Of a stretch of DNA of 64,000 nucleotides, positions 12,988 through 27,623 are shown piece after piece. Each line of letters starts with the position of its first letter. Positions within the stretch are counted from its first letter, which is position 1. The DNA lies in assembly GCF_003334785.1 (NCBI RefSeq), contig NZ_QOWV01000015.1; one strand, written 5' to 3'. Below the pieces are notes generated by a model, which searched no databases, was not told where the DNA came from, and saw nothing but the letters and a program-made list of their open reading frames with translations. Origin of the DNA: Escherichia coli. Its GTDB lineage: Bacteria; Pseudomonadota; Gammaproteobacteria; Enterobacterales; Enterobacteriaceae. Both the position numbers and the translations under genes were made by a program.

Positions 12988-13004
12988 ATTATGAGAGGCT
13001 GCAA

Positions 13005-13295
13005 ATGGCGGTTGAAGTTAAATACGTAGTCATTCGTGAGGGCGAAGAGAAAATGTCGTTTACCAGCAAAAAGGAAGCCGATGCTTATGATAAAATGCTT
13101 GATACGGCGGATCTGCTTGACACCTGGCTGACAAATTCTCCAGTGCAAATGGAAGACGAGCAACGTGAAGCCCTTTCGCTATGGCTGGCAGAACAAAAAG
13201 ATGTGCTGAGCACCATTCTGAAAACCGGCAAATTACCGTCCCCACAGGTCGTCGGTGCTGAATCCGAAGAGGAAGATGCCTCACACGCGGCCTGA
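13005..13295 (+). CDS. yebG: DNA damage-inducible protein YebG
   Basis: 96-aa ORF MAVEVKYVVIREGEEKMSFTSKKEADAYDKML...; LexA box upstream. Confidence 0.88.
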   Translation: MAVEVKYVVIREGEEKMSFTSKKEADAYDKMLDTADLLDTWLTNSPVQMEDEQREALSLWLAEQKDVLSTILKTGKLPSPQVVGAESEEEDASHAA

Positions 13296-13313
13296 AGCAA
13301 CTTGCGCTCCTGA

Positions 13314-13718
<405 letters not shown>

Positions 13719-13745
13719 TGGCTTCTGATAATTCGATTGACCGTT

Positions 13746-13829
13746 GGCGGATGCGGCGCGAGTGCCTTGTCCGCCCCAGAACGCACCACAATCGTAGGCC
13801 TGAGAAGACGCAACAGCGTCGCATCGGGC
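13746..13829. repeat. BIME: two REP units in inverted orientation (yebF-yebE spacer)
   Basis: GGCGGATGCGGCGCGAGTGCCTTGTCCGCC and GTAGGCCTGAGAAGACGCAACAGCGTCGCATCGGGC resemble REP units. Confidence 0.55.
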
Positions 13830-14044
13830 AATCAGCATCAAACAATGCCACTCAAAACGACAAACTACTTTCACCTAAAATACCCTTATCACCTGATATA
13901 CAGTAAATACCTTACCTGGCGCGAATTTCTTTGAATAACGGCCTACCGCCCCGCTTATTTGCGCATCTTTTGTCTCGATATACATTTTCTGACATCCTCA
14001 TCCGCTATGCTACAGGCACTAAAAATGGTTATTGAGGAGCAAAT

Positions 14045-14704
14045 ATGGCTAACTGGTTAAATCAACTGCAATCCCTGCTTGGGCAAAGCAGTTCTTCTAC
14101 CTCCTCGTCTGCGGATCAGGGATTGGGCAAACTGTTAGTACCAGGCGCATTAGGCGGACTGGCTGGGCTGCTGGTCGCAAATAAATCAGCACGTAAACTT
14201 CTTACGAAATATGGCACCAACGCGTTACTGGTTGGCGGCGGAGCGGTAGCGGGTACGGTGCTGTGGAATAAATACAAAGATAAAATTCGCGCGGCGCATC
14301 AGGACGAACCGCAGTTTGGCGCGCAAAGTACGCCGCTGGATGAGCGTACAGAACGTTTGATCCTTGCGCTGGTCTTTGCCGCTAAAAGTGATGGTCATAT
14401 TGATGCCAAAGAACGTGCGGCAATCGACCAGCAATTGCGTGAAGCCGGCGTGGAAGAGCAGGGGCGTGTACTCATTGAGCAGGCAATCGAACAACCGCTG
14501 GATCCACAACGCCTGGCTACCGGGGTCCGCAATGAAGAAGAGGCGCTGGAAATCTATTTCCTGAGTTGCGCGGCTATTGATATTGACCATTTTATGGAAC
14601 GCAGTTACCTGAATGCACTGGGTGACGCGCTGAAAATCCCCCAGGATGTTCGTGACGGCATTGAACGCGATCTCGAACAGCAAAAACGCACTTTGGCGGA
14701 ATAA
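14045..14704 (+). CDS. yebE: Inner membrane protein YebE (DUF533)
   Basis: 219-aa ORF; Ser-rich N-terminus, glycine-rich hydrophobic segment. Confidence 0.85.
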   Translation: MANWLNQLQSLLGQSSSSTSSSADQGLGKLLVPGALGGLAGLLVANKSARKLLTKYGTNALLVGGGAVAGTVLWNKYKDKIRAAHQDEPQFGAQSTPLDERTERLILALVFAAKSDGHIDAKERAAIDQQLREAGVEEQGRVLIEQAIEQPLDPQRLATGVRNEEEALEIYFLSCAAIDIDHFMERSYLNALGDALKIPQDVRDGIERDLEQQKRTLAE

Positions 14705-14885
14705 TTCCGCTCTCTGGATAGCCTGAAGTTGACTATTTCGGGCTATCCAGAACCGCACAGCCATTTGAACAGGTTGATTTTCTCTGTCTGCATAACATTC
14801 GATATCCGCGCCATTACCTGTCATCATCTAAGCAATGACGACCCTGTTTCGCTTGCATCCCCGGTGAGTTTTGCCACCCTTATAA

Positions 14886-17632
<2,747 letters not shown>

Positions 17633-17655
17633 GGCATGCTCCAGGCCGAAAAAGC

Positions 17656-18312
17656 CTAGCGTAATGGAATGATATCGCCTTGCCAACCCTGTGATGAACG
17701 CTGACCGACTAACAATAATGAACCATGATCGGCGCGAACGATGAGACGACCATATTCATCCCATAGTGCACTGTTACCACGGGCATTTGCCATCAGCACA
17801 GCAATCGAGTACTGATGTGAAAAAAATTGTAAGCGACGGGCCGACGCCAGCAGGTCGGGTTCTCCCAGACATTGCCCTGTCGTAAACAGTGAACAGGTCG
17901 GGTCCATATCCATACCTTGCGGTTGTTCATCTACCACCGTGATGGTTCTGGAACGACGGCCCAGACATGCACCATGACTCTGATGGTAGATCCCCGGCGT
18001 TTTTCGCCACGGTGCGAACACCGCAATTCCACGAATAAAGCGATCGTTATATTCAACGGGAAGGCCGGCAATGATGGTCATTCGCCAGGTCGTTGCGGCA
18101 TAACAAAGCGGGTCTAACAGTGAGAGATCGGGTGGGGCAGGAAGGGCACGTCGCGAATAATCACACCCCAGTAAAGAAAGCGATGGAAAAACTAACAGCT
18201 GACATTGTTGCCTGGCGGCGGCCCTCACAAACTCCAGATGATGAGCTACCTGTTCGGTGAGTGAGGTTTTACGAGGCTCATATTGCGCTGCTGCAACTTT
18301 CCAGAACGACAT
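17656..18312 (-). CDS. yobB: C-N hydrolase (nitrilase-superfamily) protein YobB
   Basis: 218-aa ORF immediately upstream of exoX on the same strand (23-nt gap). Confidence 0.85.
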   Translation of the reverse strand: MSFWKVAAAQYEPRKTSLTEQVAHHLEFVRAAARQQCQLLVFPSLSLLGCDYSRRALPAPPDLSLLDPLCYAATTWRMTIIAGLPVEYNDRFIRGIAVFAPWRKTPGIYHQSHGACLGRRSRTITVVDEQPQGMDMDPTCSLFTTGQCLGEPDLLASARRLQFFSHQYSIAVLMANARGNSALWDEYGRLIVRADHGSLLLVGQRSSQGWQGDIIPLR

Positions 18313-18413
18313 AATGACTTCCTTTTCAAAATGACTGCAAATTATGGGTGCGGTTTAGAAAATACTCATAATTTAGCAGGCGTTATGTAAGAAAGTGTAA
18401 CTCTGTATAAGTT

Positions 18414-18644
18414 TTATTTAAGTTTGGGCTCGTAAGGTAAACGTGACAGATTGACCGAAGCCAAACGGTGGGCAATAAGCCGCTCGCGAAACCAGCTGCG
18501 CAAATGTTCAGGCTGTTCACGTTCAACCGCTTCAGCGATCACCGGCATATTGTAGCGTTCTTTAAATGCCACCCCGGCCGCCGCCAAATCGACATTCACT
18601 TTATCCATTTCTGTTTGATCCAGTTTAGCCAGATTCTTCAGCAT
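18414..18644 (-). CDS. holE: DNA polymerase III theta subunit HolE
   Basis: Start trimmed to [31 protein letters not shown] (76 aa). Confidence 0.88.
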
Positions 18645-18782
18645 TCTTAATCTCCTCATCATTCGCGGGCAAAAGTTACTAAGAGTGAGCCTGGATGGCA
18701 AGCCGGAATTGATGATCCTCGACTCAGACATTAGACAAGGTTATGCTCTGTAAAAAAGTTATTACAAAAAGGAATAGATAAT

Positions 18783-19157
18783 ATGGCTTCAACTGCACGC
18801 TCCCTTCGCTACGCGCTGGCAATCCTGACCACTTCGTTGGTGACACCTTCCGTCTGGGCACATGCGCATTTAATGCATCAGTATCCTGCGGCAAACGCGC
18901 AAGTGACAGCATCTCCGCAGGCAATCACTTTAAACTTCTCGGAAGGCGTTGAAACAGGATTCAGTGGTGCAAAAATCACGGGGCCAAAAAACGAAAATAT
19001 TAAAACATTACCGGCGAAGCGAAATGAGCAGGACCAAAAGCAACTGATTGTTCCACTGGCCGATTCGCTGAAACCCGGAACCTACACCGTTGACTGGCAT
19101 GTTGTTTCGGTGGACGGGCATAAAACGAAAGGACACTACACCTTTAGCGTGAAATAA
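18783..19157 (+). CDS. yobA: CopC-family periplasmic copper-binding protein YobA
   Basis: 124-aa ORF with signal peptide and CopC-like His/Met residues. Confidence 0.85.
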   Translation: MASTARSLRYALAILTTSLVTPSVWAHAHLMHQYPAANAQVTASPQAITLNFSEGVETGFSGAKITGPKNENIKTLPAKRNEQDQKQLIVPLADSLKPGTYTVDWHVVSVDGHKTKGHYTFSVK

Positions 19158-19160
19158 ACC

Positions 19161-20033
19161 ATGCTGGCGTTTACCTGGATCGCGCTGCGATTTATCCATT
19201 TCACCTCGCTGATGCTGGTTTTTGGCTTCGCAATGTACGGTGCCTGGCTGGCCCCCTTAACGATTCGTCGTTTGCTGGCGAAGCGTTTTCTGCGTTTACA
19301 ACAGCACGCTGCCGTCTGGAGTTTGATCAGTGCCACTGCAATGCTCGCCGTTCAGGGCGGGTTGATGGGAACGGGATGGAAAGATGTATTTTCGCCAAAC
19401 ATTTGGCAGGCTGTTTTGCAAACGCAGTTTGGTGGCGTCTGGTTATGGCAAATTGTTCTCGCCCTCGTAACGTTGATCGTCGCCCTTATGCAACCGCGGA
19501 ATATGCCACGTTTGCTGTTTATGCTCACTACCGCGCAATTTATTCTGCTGGCGGGAGTGGGGCATGCGACGCTGAATGAAGGGGTAACGGCGAAAATCCA
19601 TCAGACTAATCACGCGATTCACCTGATTTGTGCGGCGGCGTGGTTTGGGGGATTACTGCCGGTGCTCTGGTGTATGCAACTCATCAAAGGCCGTTGGCGA
19701 CACCAGGCTATTCAGGCGCTGATGCGTTTTTCCTGGTGCGGGCATTTTGCGGTGATCGGCGTACTGGCAAGCGGCGTGCTTAATGCATTGTTGATTACCG
19801 GATTTCCCCCCACGATTACGACTTACTGGGGCCAACTCTTATTGCTCAAAGCCATCCTGGTGATGATTATGGTGGTCATTGCGCTGGCTAATCGTTATGT
19901 TCTTGTACCGCGCATGAGGCAGGATGAAGATCGTGCGGCTCCCTGGTTTGTGTGGATGACTAAACTCGAATGGGCGATAGGTGCGGTAGTGCTGGTGATC
20001 ATCAGCCTGCTTGCGACTCTCGAACCTTTTTGA
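19161..20033 (+). CDS. yebZ: CopD-family inner membrane protein YebZ
   Basis: 290-aa polytopic membrane ORF 3 nt after yobA. Confidence 0.85.
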   Translation: MLAFTWIALRFIHFTSLMLVFGFAMYGAWLAPLTIRRLLAKRFLRLQQHAAVWSLISATAMLAVQGGLMGTGWKDVFSPNIWQAVLQTQFGGVWLWQIVLALVTLIVALMQPRNMPRLLFMLTTAQFILLAGVGHATLNEGVTAKIHQTNHAIHLICAAAWFGGLLPVLWCMQLIKGRWRHQAIQALMRFSWCGHFAVIGVLASGVLNALLITGFPPTITTYWGQLLLLKAILVMIMVVIALANRYVLVPRMRQDEDRAAPWFVWMTKLEWAIGAVVLVIISLLATLEPF

Positions 20034-20045
20034 TGGATTACGAAA

Positions 20046-20387
20046 ATGATGAAAAAAAGTATTCTGGCGTTTCTGTTACTCACCAGTTCTGCAGCGGCGC
20101 TGGCTGCACCGCAGGTGATTACCGTCAGCCGTTTTGAAGTGGGTAAAGACAAATGGGCGTTTAATCGCGAAGAGGTGATGCTGACTTGCAGACCGGGTAA
20201 TGCTTTGTATGTCATTAACCCAAGTACCCTCGTGCAGTATCCTTTAAACGATATCGCACAGAAGGAAGTTGCCAGTGGGAAGACTAAAGCCCAACCCATT
20301 TCGGTGATTCAGATTGATGATCCCAACAATCCCGGCGAAAAAATGAGTCTGGCACCGTTTATAGAACGAGCTGAAAAACTCTGTTAA
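20046..20387 (+). CDS. yebY: Secreted protein YebY (DUF2511)
   Basis: 113-aa ORF with signal peptide, third gene of yobA-yebZ-yebY. Confidence 0.85.
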   Translation: MMKKSILAFLLLTSSAAALAAPQVITVSRFEVGKDKWAFNREEVMLTCRPGNALYVINPSTLVQYPLNDIAQKEVASGKTKAQPISVIQIDDPNNPGEKMSLAPFIERAEKLC

Positions 20388-20416
20388 TTACCTAAAATAG
20401 CCTTTTGATTTCCAAT

Positions 20417-20458
20417 AAAAAAACCGCCTCAGTTCTTTCACCAGAACGGGCGGTTTTT
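20417..20458. terminator. Bidirectional rho-independent terminator (yebY / RyeA side)
   Basis: A-run, ACCGCC...GGCGGT stem with inner GTTCT/AGAAC pairing, then T-run. Confidence 0.6.
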
Positions 20459-20715
20459 AACATTTAAGCTGATGACCACCGCGCTTTTTATTGACCATTT
20501 TGCACGCAAACTGGAAAACCTGGCGTCGTCATCTATTCTTAAAGGGCAAGGCAACTAAGCCTGCATTAATGCCAACTTTTAGCGCACGGCTCTCTCCCAA
20601 GAGCCATTTCCCTGGACCGAATACAGGAATCGTGTTCGGTCTCTTTTTATCTGTTAAAAGCCAGAAGCATTTCCTTCGCTGACTTTATAGTCAACCATAA
20701 CACACACTCTACTGT
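20420..20715 (-). ncRNA. ryeA: RyeA (SraC) antisense RNA overlapping sdsR (ends approximate)
   Basis: RyeA is known to be transcribed opposite SdsR; ends inferred, not read from the sequence. Confidence 0.35.
20546..20648 (+). ncRNA. sdsR: SdsR (RyeB) small RNA
   Basis: GCAAGGCAACTAAGCCTGCATTAATGCC...GACCGAATACAGGAATCGTGTTCGGTCTCTTTTT matches recalled SdsR including its terminator; sits in the yebY-pphA spacer. Confidence 0.75.
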
Positions 20716-20782
20716 CTGAGTCCAGCATTTTTTAACATTCTTGTTAAGATTATGTGATCTTTAGCGCGGGAGGAAAATATTG

Positions 20783-21439
20783 ATGAAACAGCCTGCGCCC
20801 GTTTATCAGAGAATTGCGGGTCATCAATGGCGACATATCTGGCTTTCTGGCGATATACACGGTTGTCTTGAGCAGTTGCGCCGCAAATTATGGCATTGTC
20901 GTTTTGATCCGTGGCGAGATTTACTTATCTCAGTGGGAGACGTTATCGATCGTGGGCCGCAAAGTTTACGTTGTCTGCAGTTACTGGAACAACATTGGGT
21001 TCGTGCGGTAAGAGGCAATCATGAACAGATGGCGATGGATGCGCTGGCATCCCAGCAGATGTCTTTATGGTTGATGAATGGCGGCGACTGGTTTATTGCG
21101 CTGGCAGATAATCAACAGAAACAAGCGAAAACGGCGCTGGGGAAATGTCAGCATTTGCCCTTTATTCTTGAAGTACACAGTCGCACCGGCAAGCATGTTA
21201 TTGCTCATGCCGATTATCCAGATGATGTTTATGAATGGCAAAAGGACGTCGATTTGCATCAGGTCTTGTGGAGCCGCTCGCGATTAAGTGAACGCCAAAA
21301 AGTGCAGGGAATTACAGGTGCTGATCATTTCTGGTTTGGTCATACACCGTTGCGACATCGCGTGGATATTGGCAACCTGCATTATATTGATACCGGTGCT
21401 GTCTTTGGGGGCGAACTGACTCTTGTGCAATTGCAATAA
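20783..21439 (+). CDS. pphA: Serine/threonine protein phosphatase 1 PphA (PrpA)
   Basis: 218 aa from MKQPAPVYQRIAG; metallophosphatase motifs GDIHG, GDVIDRG, GNHE. Confidence 0.9.
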   Translation: MKQPAPVYQRIAGHQWRHIWLSGDIHGCLEQLRRKLWHCRFDPWRDLLISVGDVIDRGPQSLRCLQLLEQHWVRAVRGNHEQMAMDALASQQMSLWLMNGGDWFIALADNQQKQAKTALGKCQHLPFILEVHSRTGKHVIAHADYPDDVYEWQKDVDLHQVLWSRSRLSERQKVQGITGADHFWFGHTPLRHRVDIGNLHYIDTGAVFGGELTLVQLQ

Positions 21440-21631
21440 TTAAAAATCACCGTACTCCTGTGCAGGTCGCCAGAAACCATCTATAAAATCCTCAATCGGA
21501 AAACAACCGCCATGGCGGATCCGTTGATCGCTCATAGAATGAAGACACTGCTGTTCCGTGTTGTAGACATCCACAACAATATCTTCACAACCGCCATCCA
21601 GGTAGCAAACAAAAAGTACCAGCGCGAACAT
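21440..21631 (-). CDS. yebW: Small protein YebW
   Basis: 63-aa frame MFALVLFVCYLDGGCEDIVVDVYNTEQQCL... inside the 91-aa track ORF. Confidence 0.6.
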   Translation of the reverse strand: MFALVLFVCYLDGGCEDIVVDVYNTEQQCLHSMSDQRIRHGGCFPIEDFIDGFWRPAQEYGDF

Positions 21632-21735
21632 TTCATCCCCGAAGTGTGGTGCCGTACCGTTAAGTTTAGGAGAGATTTTACAACGGGGGAATAACCAGGA
21701 CAAATAACCCGCCATGCCGACGGGTTCTTTTTGGA

Positions 21736-21972
21736 TCAGGCAAGACGCATAATCCAGGCATCAGATTGTTGATCGTAACGGGTACGGTAAAGGACAGAGT
21801 GTTCGCCATTTAGCAGGGCAGGGATACTGGTTTCAGCATCCCAGGCATCCAGTTGCATACATAAATCGGGGTCAGATTTACAAGGAATGGTTAACGTTCG
21901 ATCACCCGGCGATTCACCGTGTAATTCGCCGTCGTCGATTTCAAAAGCGCCTATGCGCACACTGGTTTTCAT
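21736..21972 (-). CDS. yebV: Small protein YebV
   Basis: 78 aa from MKTSVRIGAFEIDDGELHGESPGDRTLTIP. Confidence 0.75.
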   Translation of the reverse strand: MKTSVRIGAFEIDDGELHGESPGDRTLTIPCKSDPDLCMQLDAWDAETSIPALLNGEHSVLYRTRYDQQSDAWIMRLA

Positions 21973-22089
21973 CTTCGTGCTCTCCATTTAGCTGCCGATT
22001 GTGGTACGACCAGTCCGATCGCACCATTTTTCAGCCTAGTTGAGGCCGCCGAATGTGCCAGTCAAAAAGTGCGCTTTTTTTGTGCGCTG

Positions 22090-23529
22090 TCAGGCGTTAC
22101 CGGTAAAAAGTTTCCCATCGCGCACCAGTTCACGCGGATAGCTGTTTTTCAATCGCGAACCAATCCGTTTGGCTAAACCAATCGGTTGATGCTGGAAAGT
22201 AACCAATACATCATCCGCCACTGGCGCGGCTTGCGGGTAAACATCGCGCCCGCGATACCACTCCTCCGCTTCCTGCGGTGTCAGCTCGAATGCATTCATA
22301 TTATCGGGTGAGGCAAGAGCAATAACCGCTTCATGCTGCCAGCGATAACCTTTGTTGTGCGTCTCGGCAAGTTTAATCCCCAACCGAGAAAATCGGACTT
22401 TACCGATCAGGGCTTCAATGCCCACCGGGAACAACCACAGTTCTTTGTCACGCTGCCAGAGGCGCAGGTTTTCATCCCAGTTTAAGCCAACACCTGCAGC
22501 CGCCTGCCGAATTTGTCCAGCTTCGCGATCTTTCACCGGGCTGAACGGAAAATTGCCCACTTTGTATGTTGGGGTGGGTAAGGCGGGAATGGCCTGAGTT
22601 TTACGCAGACGAGCAACGAAGAAGCCTTCGCAGTCGTAAATTTGTGGGAAAACATGCAAAAAGCCTTCTTCGGTCAGCGCTTTGTTTGCAGCAGGGAAGA
22701 GCTCGCCAAGTGGTAAAAACTCTACTGCGTCAGGGTAAGTCTCTTTCAGCCACATGCAAACGGCTTCGTTTTCTTCCCTGTTTAAGGTACAGGTCGAGTA
22801 AACCAGCGTACCACCAGGACGTAATGCATGAAAGGCGCTGTCGATAAGCTCCCGTTGTGTAGCTGCGATTTCCTGATTGCTTTCTGGTGACCAGTTTTTT
22901 AGCGCATCGGGATCTTTACGCACCACGCCTTCGCCAGAGCAGGGAGCGTCCAGCAAAATGGCATCGAACATTTCTGGCACTGCCACACCAAACACGCGGC
23001 CATCAAAATGTGTGAGCGCAACATTACTGATGCCACAGCGGCTGATATTGGCATGTAACACTTTTACCCGACTGGCGGAAAACTCATTGGCAAGGATTGC
23101 CCCTTCGTTATTCATCCGTGCGGCAATTTGCGTCGTTTTGGAGCCTGGCGCAGCAGCGACATCCATCACCCGCTGTGGTGCATTACCGTCAGCAAACAAG
23201 GCGGCGACGGGCAACATTGAACTGGCTTCCTGAATATAAAACAGGCCGCTTAAATGCTCGGCGGTACTACCCAATGGCAATGCATCTTCATTGTCGCGTT
23301 CAATCCAGAAACCTTCTTCACACCACGGAATTGGCGTAAGCGTCCAGCCATAAGGAGCGGTTAATTGCAGGAAATCAGCAACGGAGATTTTCAGCGTATT
23401 AACGCGAATGCTGCGGCGCAACGGGCGCTGACAGGCGGCAAGAAAATCATCAAAAGAGAGCGTCGAAGGCATCGCTTCGCGCATTTGCGTCAGAAAGGCG
23501 TCCGGGAAATAAACGGTGTGTTGGGCCAC
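22090..23529 (-). CDS. rsmF: 16S rRNA m5C1407 methyltransferase RsmF (YebU)
   Basis: NOL1/NOP2/Sun SAM methyltransferase; start set at GTG (479 aa), ATG two codons upstream is the alternative. Confidence 0.88.
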   Translation of the reverse strand: MAQHTVYFPDAFLTQMREAMPSTLSFDDFLAACQRPLRRSIRVNTLKISVADFLQLTAPYGWTLTPIPWCEEGFWIERDNEDALPLGSTAEHLSGLFYIQEASSMLPVAALFADGNAPQRVMDVAAAPGSKTTQIAARMNNEGAILANEFSASRVKVLHANISRCGISNVALTHFDGRVFGVAVPEMFDAILLDAPCSGEGVVRKDPDALKNWSPESNQEIAATQRELIDSAFHALRPGGTLVYSTCTLNREENEAVCMWLKETYPDAVEFLPLGELFPAANKALTEEGFLHVFPQIYDCEGFFVARLRKTQAIPALPTPTYKVGNFPFSPVKDREAGQIRQAAAGVGLNWDENLRLWQRDKELWLFPVGIEALIGKVRFSRLGIKLAETHNKGYRWQHEAVIALASPDNMNAFELTPQEAEEWYRGRDVYPQAAPVADDVLVTFQHQPIGLAKRIGSRLKNSYPRELVRDGKLFTGNA

Positions 23530-23608
23530 GAGCATATACCACTGGCAAAAAAACAGGCGCGCAGTTTAGCATAAACGCTCCGGCGCAGGCACGCCGGAGC
23601 AGTGGGCA

Positions 23609-26242
23609 TTATTTGGGAAGCGCAGTACCCCATTCACGCCACTCTTTCGGTTCACTTTCCTGCAACAGGAAGTGCTTGCCTTCCTGGGCTTTCGGTGCCA
23701 GTGGCGTCCCCGGAGGCGTGGCGAAGGCGATGCCGCCACGGATAAACTGGTTAAAGGTGCCGGTTTTCACTACGCCGCCCGTCAGACCAAAGTCCAGACT
23801 GTAACCCGATGCCAACCAGAAGACGGAATTGTTACGCACCAGGTGTTGATAGCGTTTACTGATGCGCATCGCAATCATCACGCGATCTGACAATGTCCCC
23901 AGCGTCATTCCTGTAACCGTACCGACTTCCAGACCACGGAACAGCACAGGCGTACCGATGCCTAACGAACCGGCTTCCGGCGCTTCAACAATAATGCTTA
24001 AGCCATCCAGGTAACGCGAATCAGTAATGGTGGCCTCTTGTAATTCAAAGTCGCGGCGAGGATTGCCCCGGCCTGGTTCGACGTTGATATACGGCTGGAG
24101 GATAGTATCAAGATGCTCAACGCCAGCTGCCGAAATTTGCGGTGTGACCAGTGAGAAGCGCGTACCACCGCGAGCAAAGGTCTGGACATATTCCGGATAG
24201 AGCACCGCCTTTGCCTGTACTTCATTGCGCGCGGTAATCAGATCCAGCGTCTGGATTTGCCCGATATCAATACCGAGATAGCGAATTGGCATCCCGACCG
24301 CCAGTTTTCCGGCATCGAAAGCGTGAAGCGTAATCTGCCCGCCAACCGCACGGGCCGCTGTTTCGGAAGCATACAGAATTCGTTTGTCGCCTTTACGCTG
24401 ACTGGCGCTGGCACCGCTGAGGTTATCGAAGCTAATGGCTCCCTTTAATGCTCTGGAGAGCGGGGATGCCTGTACGGTCAGGCCACTACCATTCAGCTGA
24501 ACTTTCGCCCCGCCTTCTGCCCAGAACACGCTATTGCTGGTCAGAAGGTTGCGATACTCCGGCTTAATATGCAGATCGATATCAAACGCGTTAGCTCGCG
24601 GACGGACGGTAATAACTTCACCAACTTCAAATTTACGGTAGAGCACTACCGATCCTGCCTGCACATCCGGCAGCGTCTCTGCACTCAAACTCACGGTTGT
24701 GGTGGGTAAATCGCTAAGGCTGTTCTCCAGCGCTTTTTCCAGATTGGCATACAGTGGATAGCTGGCTTTCATCTCGCCTTTATCGCCCGGCAGAATACGT
24801 ATCCCGCCGTTAATCCATTCTGAGGCGCTGGCACCGAGAAACTCAACGCCATCCAGCCCCACCTTCACGTCGACACGGCTGTTGACGACAAATTTGCTAT
24901 CGCCTTTTACCAGTTCTCGATGCTGAGGCTCGATGGCGACGGTAAAGGTGACGCCTTTGCTGGTGAGTTTACGATCGATAACCAGGCCTACCTGCACGCC
25001 GTGAAGAATGAGCGGCTGACCCGCATCAATACCGTAACTTTCCGGTGCGGTCAGGGTCAGCGTCAGAACATCAGGTTCATGCAGCAGTGCTTTTTCGCCT
25101 GGCACAACAACGAACTCTTTGCGTGGCTCGCCATCGCCGGGTACCAACTCGAAGGTTTTGCCAGTCAGCAGGGCGCTGAGATTGGCATCGCTAAGGGATA
25201 ATTTCGGGTTGCGTAATTCGATGCGGGTATTTTCCCGTAACAGCGTAACGACGCTGGGATCAACGGTCATTTCTCCGGTGACTTTACCACCAGGATTTAA
25301 ATCCAGTTTAGTCAGCTGTCCGACTTCCAGCCCCTGATACATTAACGGCGTCGAGTCGGCGGTTAATCCTGCCCCACTCGGCAGTTCCAGTTTTATTATT
25401 ACGCCACGCTGGCTGTGGGCCAGATCTTCATACAGACCAAAGGTATCTTCCGCCTCGGCAGGTTTCGACTCTTCTGGTGAATCGAAGGCAATCGCACCGT
25501 TAACCAGTGCCGCCAGACTTTCCAGTTTCACCTTCGCGCCACTGATACTGACGTTGGCATCAACGCCGGAAACGTTCCAGAAACGGCTACCTTTTTTCAC
25601 CAGGTCGGTAAAACGCCGCTCGATCAGGACATCAATCACCACGCCTTGCTTGTTGGGATTGATGGCATAGTCGTAGACTTTTCCCACCGGGATCTTGCGG
25701 AAATAGACCAATGAACCGCTGTTCAGCGAACCGAGATCGGGGGCTTGCAGGTGGATCATCAGATCGCCATTGTCCAGCCGATATTTCGGTTGGGTATCGA
25801 GTGCGACAAAGTGATCCTGCTCTTTACCTTTACCCGGCATCATGCCGATATAGTTACCACCGACGAGGGCGTCCAGCCCGGAGACACCTGCCAACGATGC
25901 TTTTGGCGTCACCAGCCAGAACTGAGTCTCTTCGCGCAGCGCATCTTTCATATCGGACTTGATGCTGACCTTGACTTCAATCTTACGAAGATCGTCGCTG
26001 AGGCTGATATCCTGCACTGTTCCGACTTCAACGCCCTGATAACGAACAGGCGTACGGCCCGGAACAATACCATCCGCCGACATAAAGTCGATGGTGACGG
26101 TATTACCCCGGTCCTGATAACTGTCCCAAATCAGCCAACCGGCAATCATTAGCGCGATGAAAGGCAGCAGCCAGAAAGGTGAGATACGGCGTTTATTTTT
26201 AATCTGCGCTTCAGTCGTCGAAGCGGGCGTTTCCTGACTCAT
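23609..26242 (-). CDS. letB: Lipophilic envelope-spanning tunnel protein LetB (YebT), multi-MCE-domain
   Basis: 877 aa from [27 protein letters not shown]...; N-terminal TM helix then repeated MCE-like modules. Confidence 0.9.
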   Translation of the reverse strand: MSQETPASTTEAQIKNKRRISPFWLLPFIALMIAGWLIWDSYQDRGNTVTIDFMSADGIVPGRTPVRYQGVEVGTVQDISLSDDLRKIEVKVSIKSDMKDALREETQFWLVTPKASLAGVSGLDALVGGNYIGMMPGKGKEQDHFVALDTQPKYRLDNGDLMIHLQAPDLGSLNSGSLVYFRKIPVGKVYDYAINPNKQGVVIDVLIERRFTDLVKKGSRFWNVSGVDANVSISGAKVKLESLAALVNGAIAFDSPEESKPAEAEDTFGLYEDLAHSQRGVIIKLELPSGAGLTADSTPLMYQGLEVGQLTKLDLNPGGKVTGEMTVDPSVVTLLRENTRIELRNPKLSLSDANLSALLTGKTFELVPGDGEPRKEFVVVPGEKALLHEPDVLTLTLTAPESYGIDAGQPLILHGVQVGLVIDRKLTSKGVTFTVAIEPQHRELVKGDSKFVVNSRVDVKVGLDGVEFLGASASEWINGGIRILPGDKGEMKASYPLYANLEKALENSLSDLPTTTVSLSAETLPDVQAGSVVLYRKFEVGEVITVRPRANAFDIDLHIKPEYRNLLTSNSVFWAEGGAKVQLNGSGLTVQASPLSRALKGAISFDNLSGASASQRKGDKRILYASETAARAVGGQITLHAFDAGKLAVGMPIRYLGIDIGQIQTLDLITARNEVQAKAVLYPEYVQTFARGGTRFSLVTPQISAAGVEHLDTILQPYINVEPGRGNPRRDFELQEATITDSRYLDGLSIIVEAPEAGSLGIGTPVLFRGLEVGTVTGMTLGTLSDRVMIAMRISKRYQHLVRNNSVFWLASGYSLDFGLTGGVVKTGTFNQFIRGGIAFATPPGTPLAPKAQEGKHFLLQESEPKEWREWGTALPK

Positions 26243-27494
26243 GTGCATCCCAAAGTAAGCGGCTGTCCAGCCATTCCACAGCAAGAATAGTCAAAATTAC
26301 CGCTGCGCCGAAATAAAACGCAGCCGGTCCCATAGTAAAAGCGAGGATCTGATCGCGATTAATCAGCGACATGGTTAAAGATATGACAAACAGGTCGAGC
26401 ATCGACCAGCGACCAATCCAGGTCACCATCCGCAGTAACAGAATGCGTGTGCGTAAACCTTGCTGGCATTTAAAATGAATGCTCAACAGTAAAGTGAACA
26501 TGACGATCACTTTAGTAAACGGTACCAGAATACTGGCGATAAACACGATTCCCGCAACCGCAATGTTGCTACTTGCCAGCGACATAATTCCGGAAAGAAT
26601 TGTATCTTCCTGCCGTCCTCCGTTCAGATAAATGATAGAAATAGGCAACAGGTTGGCAGGTAACAACAAAACGATTGACGCTAACAGCGCCGCCCAGCAT
26701 TTTTGCAAACTATGACGGCGACGCACGCGTAGCGGGATATGGCAACGCGGGCAGCGACCACGCTGATCAGGATAGCCGGTAAAATGGCACCCAAGACAGA
26801 CACGGAGTTTCTCGTCCCTACGCGTAGCGGGGCGCTGCGGATAAAATCGCTCCCACAGCTCCTCGACATTAAGATGTGACAACGTCACCGTCGTTAAAAT
26901 CACCAACGCCACAAAAGAGAACAAGCCCACACCCGCCTGGATATGGGCATAATCCTGTACCTTTATAGAAGCAACGCCAATGCCGACCAGGTAGATATCC
27001 AGCATTACCCACTCTTTAAGTCGCTCAAGCATCAGCAGTACCGGGCGTAGATTCATTCCCAGTCGGTTACCAAACCATAAATAAACTATGGAGGTCACCA
27101 GAATGAGGGGGGCACCGATAACGCAGAAAAAGACCATCGACCCCGTTATCGCATCGCCCTGTTTGGTCATTTGCCAGATGCCTTGCATAACGTTGGCGTC
27201 AATACGAATGCCTAACAGCCAGATATGCAACAGCGGTTCGCCCCAGGCAAACGGCATCAGCAACAGCATGGTGAAAGCCATTGCCGCCAGGCGCGTTAGC
27301 GACCAGTCGCGCCCGTCGCGAATTTTTGCCTGACAGCGCGGACAATAGGCACTCTGATGAGAATTTATCTCGGGCAGGCTAAACAGCATGTCACATTGCG
27401 GGCAACGTTGGTAATCACCACGCGGCAGTTCCTCGCCGATTGACCTCACTGTTATCTTTTTTGTCGGCGTAATTTGTGGTGTGTTAAGAGCCAT
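26211..27494 (-). CDS. letA: PqiA-family inner membrane protein LetA (YebS)
   Basis: 427-aa ORF with Cys-pair zinc-ribbon-like motifs (CPQCDMLF...CPRCQ; CLGCHF...CPRCH); 3' end overlaps the letB start by 32 nt. Confidence 0.9.
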   Translation of the reverse strand: MALNTPQITPTKKITVRSIGEELPRGDYQRCPQCDMLFSLPEINSHQSAYCPRCQAKIRDGRDWSLTRLAAMAFTMLLLMPFAWGEPLLHIWLLGIRIDANVMQGIWQMTKQGDAITGSMVFFCVIGAPLILVTSIVYLWFGNRLGMNLRPVLLMLERLKEWVMLDIYLVGIGVASIKVQDYAHIQAGVGLFSFVALVILTTVTLSHLNVEELWERFYPQRPATRRDEKLRVCLGCHFTGYPDQRGRCPRCHIPLRVRRRHSLQKCWAALLASIVLLLPANLLPISIIYLNGGRQEDTILSGIMSLASSNIAVAGIVFIASILVPFTKVIVMFTLLLSIHFKCQQGLRTRILLLRMVTWIGRWSMLDLFVISLTMSLINRDQILAFTMGPAAFYFGAAVILTILAVEWLDSRLLWDAHESGNARFDD

Positions 27495-27623
27495 GACGTG
27501 CCAAATGTAATAAGAATTAACATTAATATTAACCCATGATTGGAATGATCTTGAGCATTAACGCATTTAATGCTTATTTTAATAGGCTGGCAGTTCCAGG
27601 TAAGACAACCAAGTGATTATATA

